This document shows positions 49,468 through 59,862 of a stretch of 64,000 bases of DNA, in pieces. Both the position numbers and the translations under genes were made by a program. The DNA is from Bdellovibrionota bacterium (GTDB lineage: Bacteria; Bdellovibrionota_C; UBA2361; JBGSMV01). The stretch spans positions 1 through 64,000 of the forward strand of contig JBGSMV010000059.1 in assembly GCA_041739995.1 (NCBI GenBank), written 5' to 3'. The notes beneath the pieces are model-generated. The model saw nothing but the letters and a program-made list of their open reading frames with translations, had not been told where the DNA came from and made no database searches. How positions within the stretch are numbered: the stretch's first letter is position 1; every line of letters begins with the position of its first letter.

Positions 49468-50490
49468 TTAGGCAGCGGTTGAAACCGTGGCCGACTGCGG
49501 GTCTGCCTCCAATCCCTCACGCCAATAGTCCTTAAGTCCGGTTTGTATTCTCGCACCATAGCGGGTGATGACCTTCATCGATAGATAGCAGGCCGCGCGT
49601 GCCGCCTGGCGCGCGGGGATGCCGCTACAGATTCCGTATAAGAAGGCTCCAGCGAACATATCTCCCGCCCCGAGCAAATCGATTGGCTCACAAGGAAACG
49701 CGGGCACACTGAAGGCTTCTCCGTTACAGGATACCAAAGCACCACGGGCGCCTTGGGTTACCACTACGCCCTTAGTTTTGCGCGCTAGCTCTCTAAAGGC
49801 CTCTGTGCTGTCTGTGGCTCCGCTTAGGGCACAAGCCTCAGGCTCGTTGCAGAAAACTAAGTCACTGTGCTCAAGAACTGCTGAGACCTGCTGACCAAAA
49901 ACGTTAGGGATGAACTGCTCGCTCATAGTCAAAGCGATTTTGGTGCCGTGCTTAAGAGCATATTTTACGGCAGTTTGAATAGCTTCCAAACTAGACGGTG
50001 GGTTTGCGAACACGTAGCCCTCTATAAACAGCCATTCGGACTGTCGAATTGATTCCTCACTGACATCCTCGGGGCATAGAAGGCTCGCAGCTCCAAGGCA
50101 AGTGCGCATGGTGCGTTCAGCATCGGGAGTTATCAGAGCAGCGCAGGTACCTGTGGACTTGCCCACCTTGAGCGCGGCACCAAGTTCCACATTTAGATGT
50201 TCAGCTTCTTGGCTATAAAAAAGGCCGTAGCGGTCATCTCCGAGCGAAGTGACGAATGCGCCCGAGCCTCCCAGCTGAGCTATTGCGATGATGGAGTTTC
50301 CTACGGAACCGCCGCTTACGAGTCTTGAAGTTCTTTCACCTAAGGTACTGAGCAATTTCTGCTGTTCCTCGAGTTCAACCAGGGTCATGGTGCCACGTTC
50401 AAACCCGAGTTCTTTGAACTCGTTCTCGGTAACATTGACCAGTACGTCTACAATTCCATTGCCCAATCCGCATGCGGTGTATCGCTTCAT
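49468..50490 (-). CDS. PfkB-family kinase (adenosine kinase-like)
   Basis: GLGNGIVD, GGSVGNS, ITPDAERTMRTCLGA, FCNEPEA, DLLGAGDMFAG. Confidence 0.9.
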   Translation of the reverse strand: MKRYTACGLGNGIVDVLVNVTENEFKELGFERGTMTLVELEEQQKLLSTLGERTSRLVSGGSVGNSIIAIAQLGGSGAFVTSLGDDRYGLFYSQEAEHLNVELGAALKVGKSTGTCAALITPDAERTMRTCLGAASLLCPEDVSEESIRQSEWLFIEGYVFANPPSSLEAIQTAVKYALKHGTKIALTMSEQFIPNVFGQQVSAVLEHSDLVFCNEPEACALSGATDSTEAFRELARKTKGVVVTQGARGALVSCNGEAFSVPAFPCEPIDLLGAGDMFAGAFLYGICSGIPARQAARAACYLSMKVITRYGARIQTGLKDYWREGLEADPQSATVSTAA

Positions 50491-50597
50491 AAAGTACTCC
50501 TACAATAGGAGCTGAGTTTCCCCCGCGGATAGTGCGATTACAACCCCAGCTTTGTTGGTAAGAAGCGAAGTCTATGGGACTGGTAGGCTTCGAGCGG

Positions 50598-51092
50598 TTA
50601 TGGGCCTAAGCCGTCGCCGGCGACTTTAAGTGAGACTTCGATTCCGTCACCTGTTCGCGTCCAACGCACAAAGTGGCGTCCGTCCATGTGGCGCACGTCG
50701 AAGCTGGTCTGAACCCCGCAGAATTCGTCTCTGCATGTCGGATCGTGGAAATAGGATATCTTTTGGCGGCGGCCGAGCTGGAAGCCAGGAAAGAGCTCTC
50801 GTGCGGTCACGTCAGTCAGCGGGCCAGGGACAAGCTGTTCATCGTCTAGCGCGGGAAATGTTGCTGCATCGACACCGGGCTGAGCATAGGCGGCATACAC
50901 CGACTTCATGGCGGTATCGGCGCCGCTTTGTGCAACCGCGTAGGCGGCATAGGGTTTGTATAGGGTAAACCCTTGCAAACTTAAGGCAGCAAGCACGCCG
51001 ATAATTGAGATTACCGTCAACAGCTCGATTAGGGTGAATCCGGCCTCGCCGCGATTACGTACTACGCTTGACTGCGGTGCATGCATACTCAT
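50598..51092 (-). CDS. Type IV pilin / pseudopilin-like protein
   Basis: Prepilin motif AGFTLIELLTVISIIGVLAAL; C-terminal Cys pair; AGGAG before ATG 51092. Confidence 0.85.
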   Translation of the reverse strand: MSMHAPQSSVVRNRGEAGFTLIELLTVISIIGVLAALSLQGFTLYKPYAAYAVAQSGADTAMKSVYAAYAQPGVDAATFPALDDEQLVPGPLTDVTARELFPGFQLGRRQKISYFHDPTCRDEFCGVQTSFDVRHMDGRHFVRWTRTGDGIEVSLKVAGDGLGP

Positions 51093-51292
51093 GCGAAATT
51101 CTCCTAGTTGAAGGCTCCTTGGCTCCGCACCGAAACGACTCCGAGAGCTAGAAGGGAGTATCGGAGTATCGCCCAAAATAAATTAGCATGAACTTTAAAA
51201 ATCCGAACACTTCGTATCTAAACGAAGTTTATCAAAAGCGTGCAGCGGTGTGGTGAAGTTGGCGCTAGAGCAAGGCGCCCCCTGCGCAGTTT

Positions 51293-52576
51293 TCAGTCGA
51301 GAGGCGCGACAAGGGGGTTCTCAGCTATTACAGAAAAATCTGAAAGTGTCTGGGATACCGCGGCGTCGAGACGGTCGCGAGCTCCAAGAATTTCGCAGAC
51401 GCGCTGGATCACTCGGTCTACTAGACTGTCAGGACAGCTCGCGCCAGCGGTCATTAAAACGCGCAGTGGATTCTGAGCCGAAATGTCGCTTCGGGGGAGC
51501 CAGTTCTGGGTCATTTTTACCTGCATAGAATGAAGGTCTAAGTGCCGAACTTCGGACTCGGAAATTATTTCGCCTTCATCCTTGATATAAAAAGTGGGGA
51601 CGTGTTGTTCAAGTAGCTCAACCAGATGTGATGTGTTGGAGGAGTTATAGCCGCCAACCACTATCGCCAAATCTGCCTGATGCTTCATCAGTGCTAAAGT
51701 CGCATCTTGGTTCTCTGAGGTTGCATAACACAAAGTGTCTCGCGTATCCGCAAAGTGGTGCTGAGAATTCTCTGGATACGTGCGATGCATTGACAACTTA
51801 AGCAAGTTGCTAATCTCTAGCGTTTCAGAGGCAAGCATTGTGGTTTGGTTTACCACTCCTATGCGGATAAGATCTTGCTTTGGGTTGAAGCCAGGAGAGT
51901 AGCGCCCCGCAAAATCACCCTCAAAACCATCGGGCGTTCGCTCGCCACTAATGTAAGAGGCGAGGATTGTTGCTTCCGCTACGTCACGAATGACAAGACT
52001 CGGCGCGGTAATTTTCGCATGCGAAAAAGTGGCGCGAGTCTCTTCGTGGGAATGTTTTCCGTGAATAATTATTGTGTAGCCCTGCTCCCCAAGCTGCTCA
52101 GCGCGTTTCCAGACCTTCTCTACAAAGGGGCAGGTTGCGTTATAGCGAGTGATATCTACCCCAATGGCAGCAAGCTGCTCGAAAAGCTCAACAGTGGTGC
52201 CGAAGGCGGGCACGATAACGATGTCCTCTGGCTTCAATTCATCAAAGGAAATCAGCGGCTCTCCTTCTGGAGTGCGCAGGAAACGAATGCCTCGGCGGGC
52301 AAGATCTGCATTGACGTGAGGGTTATGAATCATTTCACTCAACAAAAAGACCCGACTCCCTGGGTTTTCGTGAAGAGCACGATAAGCGCGCTCGATGGCG
52401 TTCTCTACGCCAAAGCAAAAACCAAAGTGCCTGGCGAGGATGAATTCGACTGGACCCACTCTGAGGAATGTGGGGGCGAGATCTTTCTTGCGCTGGTCTG
52501 CGCTAGAACGTGCAAGCTTTAGAGTTGATACGATCGGAGAGCGATAGAACTCCGGGATGTCAAACCTTCTTCCCAT
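51293..52576 (-). CDS. ispH: 4-hydroxy-3-methylbut-2-enyl diphosphate reductase (long form)
   Basis: FGFCFGVENA, EMIHNP, ATCPFV, HEET, NQTTM, DTLCYAT, VGGYNSSNTSHL, TAGASCP. Confidence 0.95.
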   Translation of the reverse strand: MGRRFDIPEFYRSPIVSTLKLARSSADQRKKDLAPTFLRVGPVEFILARHFGFCFGVENAIERAYRALHENPGSRVFLLSEMIHNPHVNADLARRGIRFLRTPEGEPLISFDELKPEDIVIVPAFGTTVELFEQLAAIGVDITRYNATCPFVEKVWKRAEQLGEQGYTIIIHGKHSHEETRATFSHAKITAPSLVIRDVAEATILASYISGERTPDGFEGDFAGRYSPGFNPKQDLIRIGVVNQTTMLASETLEISNLLKLSMHRTYPENSQHHFADTRDTLCYATSENQDATLALMKHQADLAIVVGGYNSSNTSHLVELLEQHVPTFYIKDEGEIISESEVRHLDLHSMQVKMTQNWLPRSDISAQNPLRVLMTAGASCPDSLVDRVIQRVCEILGARDRLDAAVSQTLSDFSVIAENPLVAPLD

Positions 52577-53582
52577 CGGTGTCTCTGTCGCTATTTGAAA
52601 GGGCTTGTTTTCGACGGTTCCCCCTGGCGGGCGAGCCAGACTCAAACGACACTCGGAAGTCGCCTTCCGGCGACGTGCCTGAGGTATACGATGCTTTTGG
52701 GATCCATACCGAGCTTATGACTTCCTTTAGAGGAGTGGGCAATTTTTCAGGAGTCTTCACAAGTTCCCCGAGGACCTTTCGAGTATCAGCCTGAAGTGGC
52801 CCAAGGAATGCCCCGAACGGTCCTATCATACCGCGGAAATGGCGCTCACGAGCCGCACCAAGAATAAGTGGCGCGGAACTAGAAGGAATCACCGTAGTGC
52901 CGAGCTCATACCCGCCGAGTAGTTTAAGCGACGCCCCTTGAGATGGACCGTTCGTTGACTCGGCAGCACCGAGATAGAGCCCAAGATAGCGCTGCTCTGA
53001 AAAACTCAAGGCAAGCAAAAACCAGTCTCGAGAATTTATGTCAATTGCGGGGAAGTCATACCACTTTCCGGTGGTACCTTCGTCACCCCAGAAAACCATA
53101 GGGCGGAGAGAGACATCGTCGCGCTTGAGTGCAATGGCATAGCCATTATTAGGTAGCGGGGTACCTTCATACTTTGAAAGCAATACTAACTGCTCCCCTG
53201 GGGAAGGTAGACGCTTTAAATTCATCCATACGGTCAGAAGAAATGGCGCGCTCTTCGATGGGTTCGCTACAAGCCCACCCTCTAGGCTCACATAGGAACC
53301 TTGTGAAGAAATGACAAACGGTTCGGAAAACAGCTCCTTAGAAACTTCAGAAGAACTTTTTGACCAAGGAAAAAATTGCCACGGAAATTGAAGGAGGCCT
53401 CCGACGTGCAGTGCGCCGGATAGGGGAATCGCGAAGGCTAGGAGGAACCCAACTCCGAGCACCGCCCAGTGCCATACCGCAAGTCCAACGCCAGTATGCC
53501 CAGTGCCAGTATGCCCGGTGCCAGTGTGCCCAGTGCGGGTATCGCCGCGCGTCATTCGAATATTGCCCCGTGCCTGTTGCAT
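52560..53582 (-). CDS. Membrane-anchored LamG/concanavalin A-like domain protein
   Basis: FLLTVWMNL, LLSKY, WFLLALSF, PLILG..FRGMI pattern; N-terminal TM segment; GHTGT x3. Confidence 0.6.
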   Translation of the reverse strand: MQQARGNIRMTRGDTRTGHTGTGHTGTGHTGVGLAVWHWAVLGVGFLLAFAIPLSGALHVGGLLQFPWQFFPWSKSSSEVSKELFSEPFVISSQGSYVSLEGGLVANPSKSAPFLLTVWMNLKRLPSPGEQLVLLSKYEGTPLPNNGYAIALKRDDVSLRPMVFWGDEGTTGKWYDFPAIDINSRDWFLLALSFSEQRYLGLYLGAAESTNGPSQGASLKLLGGYELGTTVIPSSSAPLILGAARERHFRGMIGPFGAFLGPLQADTRKVLGELVKTPEKLPTPLKEVISSVWIPKASYTSGTSPEGDFRVSFESGSPARGNRRKQALSNSDRDTDGKKV

Positions 53583-53793
53583 TCGAAGAAATTCCTACTC
53601 ACTTCACCTTCCCGCGCTAGCGCCACTGTTCTCGAGCGTCTCGATCTGAGAGCTGACTCTCTGACGAAAAGCTCTTGAAATAGCGGTGTGCAGGTTGAAA
53701 CCGATGGAGGCTCCACGCGACTCTCTGATGGACACCAATTGGGCGCCCAATCAGAGCATAAAACTCGCAGCAGCATCAGCGAGAAACGAGCTT

Positions 53794-54399
53794 CTAGCTC
53801 GCTTCAGAGTCCGGTGCTGGTTCGGCTGCAACAGATTGCTCCTCTGCTGAACCTTCCGTTCCCTGACCCGAATCCTCAGCGCGAGCCTTTTTCGAACGCC
53901 TTGCGCGACCGCTAGGTGCTCCCTCAGCGCCCTCGTCTGAGATTGCGGACTTAACAACATCGGCACGGACAATAACTGGGACCGAAGCCGAAACTTCTGC
54001 GTGAAGCTTAATTTGTACAGTCGACTCACCGGCGCGCTTAATTGGCTCAGGAAGACGGATCTGGCGACGGTCGAGCTCAACCCCCTTTTCTTTCAACTGC
54101 GCTTCGATGTCTCGAATCGAGATGGAGCCGAAGCTTCGACCGCCCGCGCCAATCTTGATGTTGAATTCAAGCACCATCGACTCGAGGGTTTTGGCGAAAT
54201 CAGCCGCTTCACCGCGAAGCTTCACTCGTTTAGCGTTGATTGCTGTGAGTCGGTGCTTCAATACTCGCTGGTTACGAGAGGAGGCTTCTACTGCGATTCC
54301 TTGAGGAATAAGGAAGTTTCTTCCGAATCCTGGTTTTACCTTTACTCGATCCCCGACATAGCCGAGTGCGTGAAAGTTCTGCTGTAAAATAATTTCCAT
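53794..54399 (-). CDS. rplI: 50S ribosomal protein L9 with C-terminal extension
   Basis: MEIIL...LGYVGDRVKVKPGFGRNFLIPQG, FGSI, IKLH; start ATG 54399. Confidence 0.96.
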   Translation of the reverse strand: MEIILQQNFHALGYVGDRVKVKPGFGRNFLIPQGIAVEASSRNQRVLKHRLTAINAKRVKLRGEAADFAKTLESMVLEFNIKIGAGGRSFGSISIRDIEAQLKEKGVELDRRQIRLPEPIKRAGESTVQIKLHAEVSASVPVIVRADVVKSAISDEGAEGAPSGRARRSKKARAEDSGQGTEGSAEEQSVAAEPAPDSEAS

Positions 54400-54553
54400 A
54401 TCTAACTCACCAATAAATTCGAAGTTCCTGAGCCTCGTTGTTCTGCTGCGTTCATGAGGAGCGCGAGGTAATAACTCTCTCAGCAAAGCCTGGTTCGTGA
54501 CACTCGTTCGCAGGGCTCGCTGTTACTGAAACTACTGTTCGACCGAAGTCCTC

Positions 54554-54928
54554 TTAGTCTGAATCGCTATCAAAGCCAAAATCATCGGCGTTGGCTGGAC
54601 GACGAGATTCTCGCACTTTGCGAACGCGATCGCTTATGCGATGCGTCTGAAACTTAAGAATGTGCTCATTGATTCGAAGCAATGACGTCATCTCGTCAAC
54701 CAGTTCGCTGGTGTTGCCTTCGAAATGAACCGAGACGTAACTGCCAACGGATTTCTTCTTCATCCGATAGCCAAGCTCTTTCTTACCCCAACGATCTGAG
54801 CGAATCGACTGAGCCTTGTGAGACGTGAGCTGTGACTCAATCTTAGAAACCTCGGTCTTGAGGTCGCCCTCAGAAAGATCCGGATTCATGATCAAAATGG
54901 TTTCGTACTTTCGCATAGCTAAACTCAT
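54554..54928 (-). CDS. rpsF: 30S ribosomal protein S6
   Basis: MRKYETILIMNPDL...WGKKELGY...LRINEHILKF. Confidence 0.93.
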   Translation of the reverse strand: MSLAMRKYETILIMNPDLSEGDLKTEVSKIESQLTSHKAQSIRSDRWGKKELGYRMKKKSVGSYVSVHFEGNTSELVDEMTSLLRINEHILKFQTHRISDRVRKVRESRRPANADDFGFDSDSD

Positions 54929-55237
54929 GTATTACTTTCCTATATCTGCGTGTCTCGCGTTCCTGCCACACACCCTAAGAGCCAAACACTCAAAGAGTCG
55001 ACCGAAGGATGCCAGCGAAGCTAGCCCATCCAATCTAGTAGGGTAAGGTCTCGGCGCACCGATTGCTCCTGGACCCAACTGCTCCTGGACCCAACTTAAT
55101 GCAGGATCCATTTGCCACAGGACAACTCAGACCTGCGACGGCAAAGAAGGGACGACAGGCGGGATAGTACCGGAAGCTTCCGAGGCGATCAATGATCCCA
55201 ATAGGTTGAAAATGAAAGAGTTTGAGGCCGAAATCGC

Positions 55238-55972
55238 CTATTTTGGGTCGGTCTCTGTCGAGTCCTTAGGTGAATTTGAGCTGCGAGGGGGCTTCTCCCT
55301 ACCTTGTGTTGTCGGAGCGTGATGCAGTCTTTGAGCTGCGGCGAGCCCTTTCAGGATAAGTGAAGCGGTGGCCTGGCACGCCTCAGCAAGCATGGTAGGC
55401 AGAACGTCTCTCTGCACTGGAGGGAAATCAGAAAGAACCCAGTCGCTTACCGAGTCGTGCCTCTCCTTAGTCACCGACTGCGTGGGGCCTGCGTTAGAGT
55501 CAGAATCCGAGCTTAAAAGGGCGTCAGGGCGCCCTACTCCGATGCGAATACGAAAATAGTCCTTAGTGCCAAGTGACTCGGACAAGGAACGCAGGCCGTT
55601 GTGACCACCCTCTCCGCCTCCTTTCCTGAGTCGAACGGTGCCAAATGGAAGGTCTATCTCGTCGTGAGCTACAAACACATCATCCGGCTTTATCTTGAAA
55701 AATGAACAGAGCTCGGCCACCGCAGCGCCACTTCGGTTCATGAAGGTCTGGGGCTTAATGAGTATAATCTTTTCTGGTGCGGAGGAGCCCTCAAAAATGC
55801 TGACGTCGGCCGTTTCCGCTTGGAAGCGCTGGCGCCAAGAGGAATCGAAACGGCAAGAGTACGGAGCGGAAAGTCCACTTGCTTCAAGGGAGTCTAAAAG
55901 CATGAAGCCTGCGTTGTGGCGAGAACGCGAATACCGAGCTCCGGGATTTCCAAGTCCAACAAGAACTTTCAT
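55238..55972 (-). CDS. pth: Peptidyl-tRNA hydrolase
   Basis: VGLGNPG, RHNAGF, KPQTFMNRSG, HDEID, GGHNGLRS, RIRIGVGRP. Confidence 0.96.
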   Translation of the reverse strand: MKVLVGLGNPGARYSRSRHNAGFMLLDSLEASGLSAPYSCRFDSSWRQRFQAETADVSIFEGSSAPEKIILIKPQTFMNRSGAAVAELCSFFKIKPDDVFVAHDEIDLPFGTVRLRKGGGEGGHNGLRSLSESLGTKDYFRIRIGVGRPDALLSSDSDSNAGPTQSVTKERHDSVSDWVLSDFPPVQRDVLPTMLAEACQATASLILKGLAAAQRLHHAPTTQGREKPPRSSNSPKDSTETDPK

Positions 55973-56332
55973 TGGGGTCCCCGATCGAGGAAAACGAATG
56001 GCTGTTTTAGCGAAACAGAGTGCGCAATAGAGAGCGGAGCAGAGTTTGCGACAGTGCGAAGTCTTTTCGCGACACCGTGAAGTCTTTTCGCGACACTGTG
56101 AAGTCTTAAAGCATCACCGCTGAGGATCGTTACCTTAGTCTGAAGACAACGCTTTCTCACTGGAACTTGTTCTCCGTAGCGCCCCTACTCCAAATCCTTA
56201 TGCCGGCGCAGTGTCAATCGCGCACCCCATGGAGGAGCACTTCGAATGCGCTCGCGTCGTCTCACGCTCAAATTAACGCATGCCTAGTCCAAAATCGAGA
56301 TGTCGAATTTCCAGGGGTATCGAGCGTCTTGG

Positions 56333-57010
56333 TTACTTCTTTTCCTTCTCTGGAGTAGCTGCTGGAGATGCTGCTGCTGCGTCCCCGGCAGGAGCCGCGA
56401 CTGCGCCTTTAACTGCTGCGGCCGCTGCTGGTGCTTCTTCGACAACCTGTCGAATTGCTACAACGCTGACGATAGTTTCGTCTCCGTCCACCTCAAGTGT
56501 TACGCCTTCAGGAAGTGGCAACTCACGTGCGTGTATGCTGTCACCAATCTTCAACTCAGAAATATCAAGAACTACTTCCTCAGGGATAAGTCTGGGCAAG
56601 CAGCTGACGCTCAGTTGATGGGCAGTGATGGAGAGAATGCCGCCTTCGGTTTTCACACCGTAGGCTTCGCCGGTGAGCCGAATTGGAATTTCAACAATGA
56701 TTGCCTCGTTCTCACGAAGGGCTTGAAAGTCGATATGAAGAACCGAGCCTGAAAGATGCTCGCGCTGAATTCCCTTGACGAGCGCCTTTCTTCCATTAAG
56801 TGCAGCGATTTCACTTTTTAGAGTAAAAATCTGAGAGCTTCTAGAACGGCTTGCTGCAGTGACGAAAGCCTTAGTGGGAACCTGAGCAGATACAGATTGC
56901 TCGCCACGAGCGTAGACGATTGCAGGCAAGAATCCATCGCGACGAATTCGCCGACAAGCGCTGCTTCCTGATGACTGTCTCGGATGAACATCTATCTCAA
57001 TGACTTGCAT
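56333..57010 (-). CDS. rplY: 50S ribosomal protein L25/Ctc
   Basis: RRIRRDGFLPAIVY, LHIDF, GVKTEGG, C-terminal Ctc domain; between prs and pth. Confidence 0.94.
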   Translation of the reverse strand: MQVIEIDVHPRQSSGSSACRRIRRDGFLPAIVYARGEQSVSAQVPTKAFVTAASRSRSSQIFTLKSEIAALNGRKALVKGIQREHLSGSVLHIDFQALRENEAIIVEIPIRLTGEAYGVKTEGGILSITAHQLSVSCLPRLIPEEVVLDISELKIGDSIHARELPLPEGVTLEVDGDETIVSVVAIRQVVEEAPAAAAAVKGAVAAPAGDAAAASPAATPEKEKK

Positions 57011-57416
57011 ACAAACTCACAATTATCGTTCTGTCTAAATTTTCGAACCGACAGTGTCACCGCTAAGCGCACGATCTGATTCGTCGCTACAGGCCCAACG
57101 CCGTGTTGCAATGCTCCCGTTCTGCGAACGAGGCACGACAAGAGTGGCGCACCTCTGGTGCTAGCCTTCACTGTCTGGTGCTAGCCTTCACTGACTGCAT
57201 CCTCTCAGAGACGAGAGTATAGAGCTCGCTGGGTGAAGCATCGGACTCTGTAGAATGGCGTAAACAATCATAATTTGGGCACTTGGTAAAGAGCAGCGAC
57301 AAAAATCCGTATAGCCTAGCGCCTCCTACCCTAACGCTGCGAGTGAGCCATGGCTCAGTATCGCCGAGTCCCCACGCGCAACAGCAGGACTCAGGCGCTG
57401 GTGGCGAGTCTAAGTA

Positions 57417-58367
57417 CTAATGAAATAGGCCACTTACGGAATCGTCGCAATGAATGCGCTTAATCGCTTCAGCCACCAATGGCGTTACGGATAGTACCGA
57501 AATCTTCTCGTTCGGTGATGAACGTGCGATGGGAATCGTGTCACACACAACCAGTTCGACAAGAGGAGACTCTGCTATTCTCTCGGCAGCGCTTCCCGAA
57601 AGAACAGGATGAGCACAGCAGGCAACTACACGCTTAGCTCCTTCCATCAGAAGAGTTTCAGCCGCCTTCACTAGGGTTCCGCCGGTATCAACCATGTCAT
57701 CTACGATGATAGCGGTCTTGCCTGCCACCTCTCCGACTACGTTCATCTCTGCGATTTGATTTGGGCCAGAGCGACGTTTGTCGATCACCGCAATTTCAGT
57801 GTTATCGAAGCGGGTGGCGAGAAGTCTAGCTCGCTCAACCCCTCCCATATCGGGTGACACGATTACTCGCTCCTCATTGCCATATTTCTCTCTGAGGTAC
57901 GGAAGAAGAATCGGAAGCGAATTGAGGTTATCTACCGGGATATTAAAGAACCCCACAATTTGACCGGCATGTAGATCTACGGTCAGGACTCTATGTGCAC
58001 CTGCTGTGGTAATGAGATCCGCTACAAGCTTTGAAGTGATAGGAACTCGTGCTTTGAGTTTGCGGTCCTGTCGCGCGTACCCAAAGTACGGAATAACCGC
58101 AGTTATGCGCCACGCCGACGCGCGCTTGAGCGCATCGATCACAATCAGGAGCTCCATGAGATGGTCGTTGCCAGGAGCGGAAGTGCTTTGTACGACGAAA
58201 ACGTCACGACCACGCACGTTGTCGGCGATCTCGACGGAAAGTTCGCCATCACTGAAGCGCACCACCTCGAGGCGACCCATCTCAAGCGAGAGCAGGTCAC
58301 ATACGGACTGGGTAAATCTAGGAATTGATCTTCCGGAGAATACTCTAATCTCTCGTCGGCTCGACAC
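57417..58367 (-). CDS. prs: Ribose-phosphate pyrophosphokinase
   Basis: FSDGE, PYFGYARQDRK, DLHAGQI, VSPDMGGVERAR, VDDMVDTGGT. Confidence 0.98.
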   Translation of the reverse strand: MSSRREIRVFSGRSIPRFTQSVCDLLSLEMGRLEVVRFSDGELSVEIADNVRGRDVFVVQSTSAPGNDHLMELLIVIDALKRASAWRITAVIPYFGYARQDRKLKARVPITSKLVADLITTAGAHRVLTVDLHAGQIVGFFNIPVDNLNSLPILLPYLREKYGNEERVIVSPDMGGVERARLLATRFDNTEIAVIDKRRSGPNQIAEMNVVGEVAGKTAIIVDDMVDTGGTLVKAAETLLMEGAKRVVACCAHPVLSGSAAERIAESPLVELVVCDTIPIARSSPNEKISVLSVTPLVAEAIKRIHCDDSVSGLFH

Positions 58368-58644
58368 TAGTTACCTCGCGGAAAAAAGTCCGTGAAAAAA
58401 GTCACGTCGATCTAAAACCACTCTGGAGACGAAAACAAGGCTATCACGATATTTAAACATTGTCCTGCCCCTGGACTTCCTAATTCGCCGATAATTTCTT
58501 TGGCGGGCGAAGAAAAACTCTCTCAGTCGTATTGACCGCAGTCCCAATTTCAGGAAAGCCCGCTGGAATGGTGTATGAACGCGCCCGAAGGCGCGAAGCG
58601 GGTCCGCGAAAATACAAGCAAATTACAAAGGGAAAGTTCATGAG

Positions 58645-58716
58645 TTGGCCGGGCAGGGTTCGAACCTGCGTATGACGGGATCAAAACCCGTTGCCTTACC
58701 ACTTGGCTACCGGCCA
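58645..58716 (-). tRNA. tRNA-Gln(TTG)
   Basis: TGGCCGGTAGCCAAGTGGTAAGGCAACGGGTTTTGATCCCGT...GCAGGTTCGAACCCTGCCCGGCCAA; between ispE and prs. Confidence 0.95.
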
Positions 58717-58832
58717 GTACGAGCGAAGAAGCCTGTACAATCGAAACGGTACAAAGACCTTCAATAAAGATCAATTCCGTATATCAGGTAGTTTTGGTTC
58801 CTGCGAGTTCTACTGTCTGAATACTTCGGCTT

Positions 58833-59780
58833 TTATGCCGAAAGTTCGGTAAGTAGCAGCTTTGCCCCAAAACGCTCCGCTACTTTTTGGATCGCAAGCG
58901 CTTGGGAAGAATTCGGCAGGTCTAAATTCAGCGCGTATAGGGCACTACCGCTGCCTGTAAGGTGCAGTTCCAGGTCGCACTCCTCCAGAAAGACCGCGCG
59001 CAGCCTGTTTAGCTCGGGAGAAAGTGCCTCGGCAGCGGGCAAAAGGTCATTGTGAAGAAGGGGCCTTGCCGCTTGTGCCGGCGTCATAGAGCGACACACC
59101 TCGTTCAAACCGCGCTGAGCCACAGCCATTCTGCCGGAGAAATCAGTTCCTTCGGGATTGAGCTGCTTGAATCTGGCATACACCGCAGGAGTAGAAAGCG
59201 GCCACGGCGGGATGACCAGCATCACCGGCGAAGATTCAAAAGGGGCAGAAATAGATGATAGTTGCTCCCCAATGCCCCCTACTCGACAGGCGCCACCACG
59301 GACGAAATAGGGCACATCGCTCCCAAGCGAAAGCGCGACCGCCGAAAAACGCGGGTCGTCGACAACTATTCCTAGTGTCGTCGCTAGAAATCTCAGAACT
59401 GCTGCGGCATCACTGCTGCCGCCCCCAAGGCCAGCACCGCAGGGGATATGTTTTATAAGTTCAATCTCTACCGAAGCCTCAATCGCAAAGCGATTGAGAA
59501 ATTCGATGGCGGCGCGAGAGGCGAGATTGCGGGTGGGCTCAACGTCCTGTGGAGGAAGAGAAACGGAACTCGAGGGCGAGAGAGTCAGACGAACACGCGC
59601 GGAGCAACCTTTGGTGACCCTAACAAGAAGGCGATCGCACAGACTGAGGGTGCAATTAAGCATCTCCAGTAAATGAAATCCGTCACTGCGCCGACCTACG
59701 ACATGCAGAAGTAGGTTCAACTTAGCCGGCGCGCGTACTTCAGCTTCGACCGCCTGCGTCGTAGTTTCTAATCGTGACAT
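58833..59780 (-). CDS. ispE: 4-diphosphocytidyl-2-C-methyl-D-erythritol kinase
   Basis: APAKLNL, RRSDGFH, KHIPCGAGLGGGSSDAA, LGSDVP, GIGE, LTGSGS. Confidence 0.96.
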   Translation of the reverse strand: MSRLETTTQAVEAEVRAPAKLNLLLHVVGRRSDGFHLLEMLNCTLSLCDRLLVRVTKGCSARVRLTLSPSSSVSLPPQDVEPTRNLASRAAIEFLNRFAIEASVEIELIKHIPCGAGLGGGSSDAAAVLRFLATTLGIVVDDPRFSAVALSLGSDVPYFVRGGACRVGGIGEQLSSISAPFESSPVMLVIPPWPLSTPAVYARFKQLNPEGTDFSGRMAVAQRGLNEVCRSMTPAQAARPLLHNDLLPAAEALSPELNRLRAVFLEECDLELHLTGSGSALYALNLDLPNSSQALAIQKVAERFGAKLLLTELSA

Positions 59781-59862
59781 GCTAAAGCCTTACGCACTGA
59801 AAGAATCACGGGCACATATCCCCGCGTGGACTAAATCAATATCTTCCCCTACTCTGGTCTCG

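Noticed and set aside
54930..55140. S6:S18 leader RNA upstream of rpsF (and an L25 leader at 57011..57150)
   Set aside because: Some hairpins are present but I cannot match the consensus by eye; needs cmscan.
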